A stretch of DNA of 63,577 nt, filler included, from Octopus bimaculoides (taxonomy: Eukaryota), in NCBI RefSeq assembly GCF_001194135.2. It is 9 parts of 8 records of this genome, joined end to end, with 100 filler letters (N's around TTAATTAATTAA, not from the genome) between each part and the next. Parts side by side here need not be neighbours in the genome. Positions count along the whole stretch, not along the records: positions 24,595 to 29,017 come from NC_068986.1; positions 29,118 to 32,600 come from NC_069009.1; positions 32,701 to 56,967 come from NC_068999.1; 6 more parts are not named here. The stretch is one strand, 5' to 3'. The position numbers and the translations under genes are program-made. The notes under the pieces were generated by a model that worked only from the letters and a program-made list of their open reading frames with translations, made no database searches and had not been told where the DNA came from. Each line of letters opens with the position of its first letter. Within the stretch, counting starts at the first letter, position 1. Positions 26,630-36,800 of the stretch are shown piece after piece.

Positions 26630-26945
26630 TATAGGTTAATATGTCGGTATTATAAAATCAAAACTGCCGACAAATGGTATAAGCACCACCCTGAGGCTGT
26701 AACCGAGGGAGAAAATGTAACGATTGTTTGGGACTTCGCAGTACGTACAGACAGAACCACCAAAGCTTAATAAACAGGATATCATTGTGAAAGCCCAAAC
26801 CAATAAAGTCTGTTTCTTGATTGAAATGAGCATTCCTTGTGATCATAATATCTCGGCAAAAGAATTTGACAAACTCAGAAAATATAAAGATTTACTGATT
26901 GAAATCGAAATAATGTAGCACCTCAAGACGGTTACAACACCAGGA
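26630..26945 (+). mobile_element. R4/Dong-like fragment 3
   Basis: KWYKHHPEAVTEGENVTIVWDF..TDRT, then DIIVK..CFLIEMSIPCDHNISAKEFDKLRKYKDLLIEIE. Confidence 0.8.
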
Positions 26946-26949
26946 CAGG

Positions 26950-27300
26950 CAAATGGTTAAACGAGACGACCAATTTTGACTTATCCGTGACTTTGTCCTT
27001 TTCTTCTTGATTGAAACGATGATGATCTGTCTTACTTCAATGCCTGATTTTTATTTCGACATCGTAGTCGTAGACCCACGTTTCTTCACCTTTAACGACG
27101 ATTTTCAGAAAGCTTCCACCGATATCTAATCGATCAAATAACTCCTGATTGACTGACTACGATTCAGTTTGATTGCTTTTGCTCATCTGTCAGCAACCAC
27201 GTTATACATTTTGTTGCAACAGAATGCATTTTAAATGTTTCATAAAAAAATATTCGCTGTGGATTTGCATTCCCATTCAGTGATTAGTGATTGATTTCTT
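26950..27300 (-). mobile_element. mariner transposase remnant
   Basis: LKMHSVATKCITWLLTDEQKQ and FLKIVVKGEETWVYDYDVEIK, matching the mariner FL..IVTGDETWVY.YD motif. Confidence 0.78.
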
Positions 27301-28708
27301 TTTAAGATTTCGTCTTAATCTGCACAGCTTTAACACGTAAATTTTCAAACTCAGAATTTCCTGCCAGCAAATTTCTCAACAACCATTCTCAATGATTTGT
27401 CTGGTGTCAGTTCTGTTTCCTTCCAATTTATTTGTCAACCAGTTTTCGTACATATACACATAATTACTCTGTTGATGATCATATAGTGACAGATTATTTT
27501 ATGGTATTAATCCTATAATCTGCATTTCTGAAGCCACAGTCTACAGATTTCGCTTTTAATTCTGTCACAAAGCCACCAATACTAATTTCATTGATTTTTG
27601 ATAATAACTGTAAAAAATTATGTCTCAACATCACAGAATTTCTCTTTACCTCAAAATGTCTAATAAATTTTTTTATGAGTCTAAAAAATATACATTTTTA
27701 CGTAATCTTTTGACATCATCAAAGCATTAGCCAATTTAAACGTTTTACCATTAGTTCCATTGATAAAATATTTTAATTTTATTTCTTCGATGGTAATTTG
27801 GTTTAGATCGAAATAAGTTACCATTCTGATTTTTTAAAAAAATCGCTTTCCAAGGATTCTTTCCATGGCAAAATGTTGGAAAATTTCCTTTCTCTGTTTA
27901 AGAATCTGAACTTGTTCGTCCTGCATCTCTTTCAATTATTTGTAGTACTATATTTTCAAAAGATACTATAAAAAAAAAAAAAAAAAGAAATTGCAATATC
28001 AAAAATATTTCGACGCGAAAATTTTTTTCAACTTTTTCGTTGCCGCATTTATTTGAAAGACATTTTGTTGTTATTTTTATAGCTTAATTTCATTTTCCTT
28101 TCCATTTTTTTGTTGTGTATATTCCCTGGTCGCTCTGTGATCCAGATTGCAAGAAAAAACGATTGTAAATTCTTTTATAACTTCCAGTAATGCATAACAT
28201 AATAATTGTTGCTACTGAAGGGACAAGACCCGAAATTTTTGGGAGGTACTCGAGTGACACTTATTTTATTGACTCCGAAAGGAAGAAAGGCAAACTCTAC
28301 CTTGATAACATTTGAACTCAAAACATAAAACCAGAAGACGAGAACTGAACGTTTTGTACGGCGAACCAACGATTCTGTCAGCTTATCGTCCTTACCAGCT
28401 CGCTGCTAATAAAAGCGAAGAAATAAATTTCAGTAATTAGGTCGCGCCACTGTACGAGAAGAAGCTCAAAAATTTATAGGCTGACTATGAAGGAGTGATG
28501 TTAGAGCCGTGAAATCTTGCCTGCATTAATTTCAACTCATCTTATCAATAACTGCATTGTTTCTTTCCAAGTAAACTGACATCTGATGGTTCAAAGAAGA
28601 CCTCAAATGTAACTAGTAGTGATTTCTCTTGAAAATGGACAAAAGTACCTGCAGAAAACTGGCTTAATATCCATGGACATTTATGCTGACATGGTGGCTA
28701 CATTAGAG

Positions 28709-28773
28709 GTACTGCATCCGAGCATGTACTGCATCCGGGCATGTACTGCATCCGGGCATGTACTGCATCCGGG

Positions 28774-28776
<3 letters not shown>
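28709..28776. repeat. Minisatellite, 4 x 17 bp (GTACTGCATCCGGGCAT)
   Basis: Seen directly; abuts the (ATT)n array at 28775-28853. Confidence 0.95.
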
Positions 28777-28856
<80 letters not shown>

Positions 28857-29017
28857 GTTTGACTTTTGTTTTCTATTTGTACAAGTTGGCTCCAAGTCTC
28901 ACCCAGAGACCTCAAGAGACAACAAGTTAGAAGTCCAAGTTGGTTTTATGCCTAGGGTGTCATATATTTGGTTTTGTACATAGTATTATTCTAGAGAATG
29001 TTTAAGAAAACATAAGA
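28775..29017 (-). mobile_element. Probable non-LTR 3' UTR with (AAT)n tail
   Basis: The minus strand ends ...GACTTGGAGCCAACTTGTACAAATAGAAAACAAAAGTCAAACAT then ~26 AAT units, the same tail type as the R4/Dong-like fragments. No coding part is visible. Confidence 0.5.
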
Positions 29018-29119
29018 NNNNNNNNNNNNNNNNNNNNNNNNNNNNNNNNNNNNNNNNNNNNTTAATTAATTAANNNNNNNNNNNNNNNNNNNNNNNNNNN
29101 NNNNNNNNNNNNNNNNNCA

Positions 29120-29438
29120 ATTCAGTATCCTTTGATTCTCATATTTCTGCCAGCTTTGACTCTTGTATTTTCTGTGACTCCGTTAACTGGAGAATCAACA
29201 TGTAAAGAAGTCATCTTCAAGGAAATCACGAAATCAAAATGCTTGATTGATCAGATGAAAATACATAAAAACACATCTTCTACTGAAGACTGTGCACTTC
29301 GGTGTATTTTACACCATAAGTGCCATTATTTTAGCTACTGTAATGGCTCATGTTATATGCACCGATTGCTTTACGAAAAAGAAATTAAAAAAGATTATGA
29401 TTGCAACTGTTCATCGTATATTTTGCTTTCTGCAAACA
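29120..29438 (+). CDS. Exon 1 (5'-incomplete) of a secreted PAN/apple-like protein: signal peptide plus Cys-rich domain
   Basis: Frame is open from the gap edge: IQYPLILIFLPALTLVFSVTPLTG (hydrophobic), then C-x12-C..EDCALRCILHHKCHYFSYCNGSCYMH, a PAN/apple-like C-x3-C-x5-C-xx-F-x-Y-x-x-x-x-C pattern. Donor A|GTAAGT at 29439 (phase 1). The ATG is probably in the gap. Confidence 0.85.
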
Positions 29439-29826
29439 GTAAGTAAATCACAATTTTCTTGTCTTCTGCTTTTGTAATTTTTAGCATCATTGACCCTATG
29501 TCACTCAAGGTCACCAGCCGCAATACACACGCATACACTTCCACGCTCTCACATACACACGCACGCGCACCTTCATTTTGGGATCACCACTACTTTATTA
29601 TCTCCCCTTTTTCCTAGCTCTCTTGTCTGACCACCTCCGTCCAGCCAGCCGCCATGATCGACTGCTAGCCACTAAAGCTTTTTTTTTTAATTCTCTATCT
29701 GTTTATTTTCTCGTGTTCCTTTCTGTTGAAACCCTATTTATGTAACCCTTTCCTGCCGTTTAAGGGTTAACATCTTGTTTGTACACTTATATCTAAATTA
29801 TTGATTACTATTTAATTCTGATACAG

Positions 29827-29918
29827 ATAAAAACTGGCAGAGAGCATTTGAGATGACCAAAGATTCATTTAAAAGAAGCCCTATTTATTTATACTGGGAC
29901 AAATTGCCTATTGTAAAG
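29827..29918 (+). CDS. Exon 2
   Basis: Acceptor ATACAG|, donor AAG|GTAAGG, 92 bp, phase 1 in and phase 0 out. Encodes NKNWQRAFEMTKDSFKRSPIYLYWDKLPIVK. Confidence 0.85.
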
Positions 29919-30029
29919 GTAAGGAATTTTTGAAATTTCAAAATGAATCTCATTTAATAAATAATCTACATATTTGTCAATCCGATATCTTTTGGAGCAT
30001 TTGGCTTTTTACATTTGTCTGTGACATGT

Positions 30030-30242
30030 GTAAGGATTTTCGAGCGAGATCGTTGCCAGTGCCCTTGGACTGGCTCTTGTGCGGGTGGCACACAAAATAC
30101 ACCATTTTGAGCGTGGCCGTTGCCAGTACCGCTTGACTGGCCTTCGTGCAGGTGACATGTAAAAGCACCCACTACACTCTCAGAGTGGTTGGCGTTAGGA
30201 AGGGCATCCAGCTGTAGAAACTCTGCCAAATCAGATTGAGTT
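30030..30242 (+). mobile_element. SINE-like family C (TGGTTGGCGTTAGGAAGGGCATCCAGCTGTAGAAAC)
   Basis: The same core recurs at 47270-47535(+, CpG-decayed), 55155-55186(-) and 61965-62120(+). Confidence 0.75.
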
Positions 30243-30504
30243 GGGATTGATTCTTGCTGCTTTTGTCTTTTCTTTTTGTTCTGATTTTGTCAGGGTTTTC
30301 TACTTCTCATAGATGCAACAAATCTTTTACAAAGACTCCGAAAGCATAACTTATTAGTTATTTGTCCGATTTTTTTGTCTTATTAGTCACCCGTGTTTTT
30401 CTCCTAAATTCGTACTCTTTCTCTCCCTCTATCTTAATTTTGCACTTCTTTTAATTGTTATTTTGTATTTCCTTCTCTCACTTTCGCTCCTTCTCTCTCT
30501 CTCT

Positions 30505-30878
30505 CTATCTCTATCTATCTATCTATCTATCTACCTTCTCTAATCTTTCTCTCTTTTGCTCTGAGACTCTCTTACTCTCTAACTCTCACTCTTCCTCCAC
30601 TTTTCCCCTCTGTCTCCTTTTCTCCCTCCTACTCCCTCCCTGTATCACATCATAACCTCTTTTCTCTTTATACCACTCTATCTTCTCTCACTTTCTCTCT
30701 CTCTCTCTATCTATCTACCTTCTCTAACCTTTCTCTCTTTTGCTCTGAGACTCTCTTACTCTCTAACTCTCACTCTTCCTCCACTTTTCCCCTCTGTCTC
30801 CTTCTCTCCCTCCTACTCCCTCCCTGTATCACATCATAACCTCTTTTCTCTTTATACCACTCTATCTTCAATCACTTT
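30505..30878. repeat. Tandem duplication of a ~184-bp pyrimidine-rich unit
   Basis: CTACCTTCTCTAA...ATACCACTCTATCTTC starts at 30531 and 30715, nearly identical. Confidence 0.92.
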
Positions 30879-30897
30879 CTTCGATTTCTATTTGCAG

Positions 30898-31046
30898 GTC
30901 AGATTTCGGTTGAGTAGAAAACAAGATAAACGTATATTCATTTTCAACGGTACAGGGACAAATTCTACATCGTGGTTCCAGAAAGACAAAGTCATTACAA
31001 TTCTATGGAACGGCTGGGATCCACAGAACTTAACTTTCAATGAGAA
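30898..31046 (+). CDS. Exon 3
   Basis: Acceptor TTTGCAG|, 149 bp, phase 0 in and phase 2 out (AA|GTATAT). Encodes VRFRLSRKQDKRIFIFNGTGTNSTSWFQKDKVITILWNGWDPQNLTFNE; the reading frame stops 30 nt into the intron. Confidence 0.85.
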
Positions 31047-31098
31047 GTATATATTATCTTTTTGCTCGTAATTAACATCTTTAATTATTTTGTAATAG

Positions 31099-31133
31099 GT
31101 CTTTTGAACACTTTTACAATCAATATTTAAGAG
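31099..31133 (+). CDS. Candidate exon 4a (35-bp mini-exon)
   Basis: TAATAG| and GAG|GTAAGT. The only open frame is the one required (K-SFEHFYNQYLR), phase 2 in and phase 1 out. The upstream intron is only 52 nt. Confidence 0.45.
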
Positions 31134-31182
31134 GTAAGTTTACAGATATACTTTGTATCTCATTGTTGTATCATATTATAGT

Positions 31183-31553
31183 GGAGGCGCAATGGCCCAG
31201 TGGTTACGGCAGCGGTCTCGCAGTCATAGGATTGCGGTTTCGATTCCCAGACCAGGCGTTGTGCGTGTTTATTGAGCGAAAACACCTGAAAAGCTCCACG
31301 AGGCTCCAGCAGAGGATGGTGGCGAACCCTGCTGTACTCTTCCACCACAACTTTTTCTCACTCTTACTTCCTGTTTCTGTTGTGCCTGTAATTCAAAGGG
31401 TCAGCCTGAATATCCCCCGAGAACTACGTTAAGGGTACACGTGTCTGTGGAGTGCTCAGCCACTTGCACGTTAATTTCACGAGCAGGCTGTTCCGTTGAT
31501 CGGATCAACTGGAACCCTCGTCGTCATAAGCGACGGACTGCCAACAAACAACA
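31183..31553 (+). mobile_element. Full-length tRNA-derived SINE (family D) in an intron
   Basis: A box TGGCCCAGTGG (31193-31203), B box GGTTTCGATTCC (31236-31247), ~370-bp body and (AAC)-like tail. A decayed fragment lies at ~48870-48960. Confidence 0.85.
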
Positions 31554-31714
31554 ATCATGAATACAAAACCGGACATGAAACATTCACTAATATCAGAGAC
31601 GAAATGATAACCTCATCGATTTAATTAAACAGAATTGATTGTAAATACAATTCGTAAAAGTGTTATTTATAATGATTTTTATTAAATTTATCAATTTTAA
31701 TATATCAGTTTCAG

Positions 31715-31821
31715 TCACCCGTATTTTAGAATCGAGGGTCCTTCTCAGACTACGATAGAAGCCAAAAGAGAAATCGGAAATAATGAAAAGTATGATATTT
31801 CCGTGAAAAGTTTACTGAGGA
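31715..31821 (+). CDS. Candidate exon 4b
   Basis: Acceptor TTTCAG| (or 31709), donor A|GTAAGT at 31822, phase 2 in and phase 1 out. Encodes HPYFRIEGPSQTTIEAKREIGNNEKYDISVKSLLR. Confidence 0.6.
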
Positions 31822-32187
31822 GTAAGTAATTAAGTCGTCTTTATTTGAATGCAAATGATTGTATGAGTATGAGTGTGTGTGTCCGTGTGTGCACACGCAC
31901 ATGTGGTTTTTAAGAAGCATTTTCTCATACATGTAAATGTTATAAATATTTTTTTCAAGCCAAAACAGTGCAAGTTTTAACAAGTCAACATCTGAACCGC
32001 ACGCAGCCGATTGGATGCTATAGCAATGCAAAACAACCCTTCATAAACACACACTAGGGAGTGGGGAAATCAGCCGTCAACACCTTCTTTACGTTAATGT
32101 GTGTATGCATGCATGTATGATCATTGAGAAATTTAGAGTGAACTTCATAAATCATTAACACATTTTTCTTTTCATTTTTTTTTTCAG

Positions 32188-32237
32188 ATTTAAGCATCAG
32201 TTTCGAAACTCTGTACATCACTGTTCTTTTCAATTAG
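32188..32237 (+). CDS. Candidate terminal coding exon
   Basis: Strong pyrimidine tract CATTTTTCTTTTCATTTTTTTTTTCAG|, phase 1 entry, encodes (N/D)LSISFETLYITVLFN* with TAG ending at 32237. Confidence 0.6.
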
Positions 32238-32700
32238 AATATACATTATTGGAAAAACTGCTTTTTTTTTTTTACATCCACCCATACATACATACATACA
32301 TACATACATACATACATACATGATGGCCGTCCACTCGTGACCGAGGAAGACCATTGCCAACCTTCAGGAACATTGCGCGCTCTAGGACTAACTTATATTT
32401 TGCATTTGCAGCTCCGTTGGTGGCTAATGAGCCCTGCTCTTGACAAGCATACATACATACATACATACATGCATTCATACACACACACACACACACATAC
32501 ATACATACATACATACATACATACATAAATAAATACATAGGCTTGTCAAAACTGGAAGGGAGAAAGCTAATTCGAAGACTACAGATCCAATCCATCACTG
32601 NNNNNNNNNNNNNNNNNNNNNNNNNNNNNNNNNNNNNNNNNNNNTTAATTAATTAANNNNNNNNNNNNNNNNNNNNNNNNNNNNNNNNNNNNNNNNNNNN

Positions 32701-32735
<35 letters not shown>

Positions 32736-33253
32736 CCAGTCAAATTAAGAAGACTAGTGATATTCTTCACAGAGACTCTGATGTTTCCAAGTGAAGTGGC
32801 TTTCACCAGCAGCACCTATCAAGTGTACAAGAGATTAGAGGTCAACCTTATCTGATAATTTCTATTCATAAAAAAAAAAGAAATTGTTATTTAAGAAGTA
32901 CTTGAAATGAAAATACTGAAATTAAATGAGACCAGAATATAATATACCAGAACAATATAAGTGAATACATATAGATTTAAATGCATAGAGGAAACCAATC
33001 AAACTTTATTACATTATGCTTGGATTTTGTAGCACAAATGTTAGTTGCAATATGAATTATGTAAGTTGTGGTGTTTAGAGATTTTCATCTGCATCATTTA
33101 TGCTCCTTCTATCATGCAGTGTCAATAAATTAAATTGGACTTTCTACTATCTACATTTGTGAGAGTATTCATTAGTATACTGTACAATTATAATTATCTT
33201 TATTCAGCCATGAGGTGTATATTGACTTGATATGGCTGCCAAGGCAGAGATAT

Positions 33254-33828
33254 CGGATCTTTTTTAAAACGGGGGCCACATTTTTCATTAATGTTTTACG
33301 TAGTGTTTTTGGTACCGAAAGACTTTCAAACTTCGTATACTTATCTATTTTGTGTTATAGAACAGAAAAATATGTCTGTATTCGAATTTATTTCATGTAA
33401 AAAATTGTCTTATTTCGATAATTTCAACCAATCACTGACGTCCATTCAGCCGATATACATTAAGTGCCGACTACATAAACAAACGATTCTTCGTTTTATT
33501 TGCTTTTTTCATTTTAAATTTGCTTTAACCCTAACCCTAACCCTAGGGTTAGGTTTAGGGTTAGAGTTAGAGTTAGGGTTAGGGTTAATTGTTTCAGAAT
33601 CGTTTGTTTATGTAGTCGGCACTTAATGTATATCGGCTGAATGGACGTCAGTGATTGGTTGAAATTACAGAAATACGACAACTTTAACATGGAATAATTT
33701 ATGGATTTCTTTTTTTTTTTAAGAAGACTAAGAGAAAAAGATGTTTTATATGACACATTCTACCAGTGTTCCAAGTTTCAAAGTGTTTCGTTAATGAAAA
33801 ATGTGGCCCCCGTTTTAAAAAAGATCCG
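33254..33828. mobile_element. Foldback/MITE-like DNA element with long TIRs, 6-bp TSD and a telomere-like core
   Basis: Termini CGGATCTTTTTTAAAACGGGGGCCAC... and its reverse complement. TSD AGATAT at 33248-53 and 33829-34. The inner arms are also inverted, and the centre is (TAACCC)3-TAGGG-(TTAGRG/T)n. Confidence 0.9.
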
Positions 33829-36800
33829 AGATATCTTGTCACTCCCCGCAATATTACATACTTTCTTTTTTTTAAGTTTATTTCTTTTTGTTAAGTTTAT
33901 TTCTATTTCACTTGTTATGGGAGCAATGGATTTTAATAAATTCGTTGATTTTTATATCTCAAACTTTACATATCATAGAGGCATAAGTTTACAAACTGTT
34001 ATAATGTCAGTATGTTACCATCAAAATAAGAGGTTTCCCATATATTTGAAAACTACAGATGAAATCATTAGTAATTTTAAAAATGTCTCTGCTTTTTGAT
34101 ACAATTTTAAAAAGCAAACATTTCTCATTTGTCAGAAGAAAAAAAAATTCTATACTAAAGTCAAAGGAAACAGCAACAAAATGATTATCCATCAAAATTT
34201 CATCTTCAGAATTGTTTTTTGCTACATTCCTTATACAGAACATGTTTTTAAAGTAGGCGAGGTATATTTTATTTGATGCTAATATACAAAACATCTATTT
34301 CCTTACCAACCATCCACCAAAATAAATATTTGTCATTTCCTGTCTTTAACCTTCTAATGTTTTCAAAATTTTCACAGAAACATCCGTTACTTACAAAGTG
34401 GAATTTCCTATCAAATAATTCAGAAACAAAATTTGCTTCATGATACTGCACAGATATTTGGTTTCAATTAGCAAAAGTGAAGCCAATGTTAAGTAATGAT
34501 ACTAACATGACAGGATACCTTTTTTGTTTTTTCATTTATGAATAAGTATTTTTTTTTATTTGTTTTTAAATAGATCTAAAGCTAAATCTATATATTCTCA
34601 CACATGGCAAGTTATAGATGTAGTGCAGCACTAGAAGATCCCAACAGAATTAAACTTTAATAAAACATTGGGTTATTAAAATACCATGGAGAATTTTTGT
34701 CTTTGTGTAATACATCTATGGAAATAAATCTCACAGATCTAGTGACAATCTATAACCATATAAAGACTTAATTTCAGCAATGCAAAGTAATGAAATACTC
34801 ATTAAATATCCTTTCATGCTGTCTACATTCACGCTTACAAATGATATCCATTTCATGTAGCACTTCAATTTTAAATGTCTTTTACCAAAAATACAGCAAA
34901 GAACCACTAATAATCTGGTAGGACAACAAACTCTTGATGCAATTTCCCTATTTGAATATTTATTTTAAAGAAAAAAATTAACAATTTTGAGAAAAAAATA
35001 CATAAAATCACTTGTCTTACTATTTTTATTTAAATTTCGATTCTCTTTGTTTCACATATTAATATTAAAATGCTTTGTTTTTTTTTTAGTATTTTTAAAC
35101 TATAAAGTCCCCAATTAACTGACAATAATTTTCATTGTTTTGAAGTATAATGAAGTCAATGAAGTTGAATGCATGTTTTAAGACAGCGGGCATCTAATTT
35201 GTCATTAAATTTCAAAATTATGAATGCCAACTCTCTAATCTAAGAAATATCTGTAATACTTAATTAAATTTACATATTCTATTTACAAGGTGAAACCATT
35301 GTAAGGAGAGAAACAATTATGACTGAGAGAGAAATAATGAGATGAGATGAAACTGTGATTGCTTACTCCCATATGAGCCATGATTCAGCATACCTCTCAC
35401 CAACCTCTTCATAGAGTGTATTGGGCACTTTTTACATGGCACCCAGCACTAGCAATGTCACAAAGTAACTTGAAAGACAATGACCCCTCAACTGAGAGGG
35501 ATAGTAGTATTGAGGGAGGTAGCTTTGATGCATGTATGTATGTATGTAAAATCACAGACATCTTAACAATATTGGATTTTCTTTTCAATGTCTAATCAAG
35601 ACATGTCACTAAAAAAAATATTGTCATACAGAAAATACAATAAAGTGACAAATGGCATTTTGATTACATATATAACAATTATCTTTTTAAACCCTTTTAG
35701 CAATACACAGCCTACACCCTAAGCTATGGCCAATGAGCTCTGTTATGCAATATTCCTAGTTATATCTAGGGATATTGTTATACATACTAAACTGGAAAGT
35801 TGGTGAAGATGGAGATTTTGTACATAAAATCTAAACTAGTTTATGTGAAAGTTATATTTAACAGAGGTTACTGTCAAATCGGGTTACTCAGGAGGAATTT
35901 TGGCTTTATATATAAGTTGAAAGATAGTTTTTTCTTTATAGAAATATACAGGCAGGTTCTTCAACATTATATGTAATGAACTCATGATGTCTGAACTTAA
36001 GTTGAAACAAATTTGGCTATGAATGTATTCACTGACACATTATCTTGATTTCAAAAGTTATAGTCATATAAAATTGAAATGACTATGTATGCAAATTTTA
36101 AACAGTATAAACACTTAACATAATATCGATTTGTACGAAGTCTGAACAAAATTCTGAGTGATTTTAATTTGCTATTTTAAAATTTTATTTTCCTCTCTAT
36201 ATTCCATCAAAGGTTATCTGTTTGTTTCTGTCCATGATCAAGACAATTTTGTATTGATATAGTAAGGGGAATGAGTGAGATATAGTACTTAACTTACAGG
36301 AAATTAGATTTAGGGAATCTCTAAGATTTCCTTTCACTTATCAAATCAATTATATCAGAATCTAAGTGCAACAAATATTTCTCTGTGGACTGTGTGTAGA
36401 TATTTCCTCTAGGACTTTGTATAAACATTTAGTATGGCTGAGTTGATTGTTTTATTTCTCTTCTTTTTATTTTAATTCAAATAGCATCATGACTGAAGGC
36501 TGAAACATTCTCCCCAGGGGCTCATAAAGCTGGTGCCTTGCTCTGGATTCAATAGCACTGCAAATGAAAGACAAATGTCCCTCCATGTGATAAGATGTAA
36601 TGTACCCAGCAGAATAGATACCTATCATCTGTGGTAAGATGGCTGAAGCATAAAAAATTGCTTAGTGATCTTTCAACAAAATACGCGGATGTTCCAGCAA
36701 TAAAGATAAACTCTTGACTGTCAAATTAATAATTATTTGCTTTATCTAACAATTTATTTTGTTAATGCAAATTGCATTGTTCAAATAATGAACTATGCAT

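Noticed and set aside
28709-28776. CRISPR-like array (also considered 18355-18462 and 24595-24754)
   Set aside because: The units are contiguous with no unique spacers, and the context is eukaryotic.
30308-30400. Extra exon after CTCATAG in intron 2
   Set aside because: No usable donor before an in-frame stop, and exons 2 and 3 already join in phase.
31183-31255. tRNA gene
   Set aside because: A and B boxes are present, but I find no complete cloverleaf and the sequence continues into a 300-bp SINE body.
32320-32445. RTE-type LINE fragment between (TACA)n tracts
   Set aside because: Only a vague nucleotide resemblance and no protein motif, so too weak to call.
33526-33587. Ancient telomere-telomere fusion site
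   Set aside because: The repeat order is opposite to a fusion signature, the array is short, and it lies inside a TSD-flanked element.
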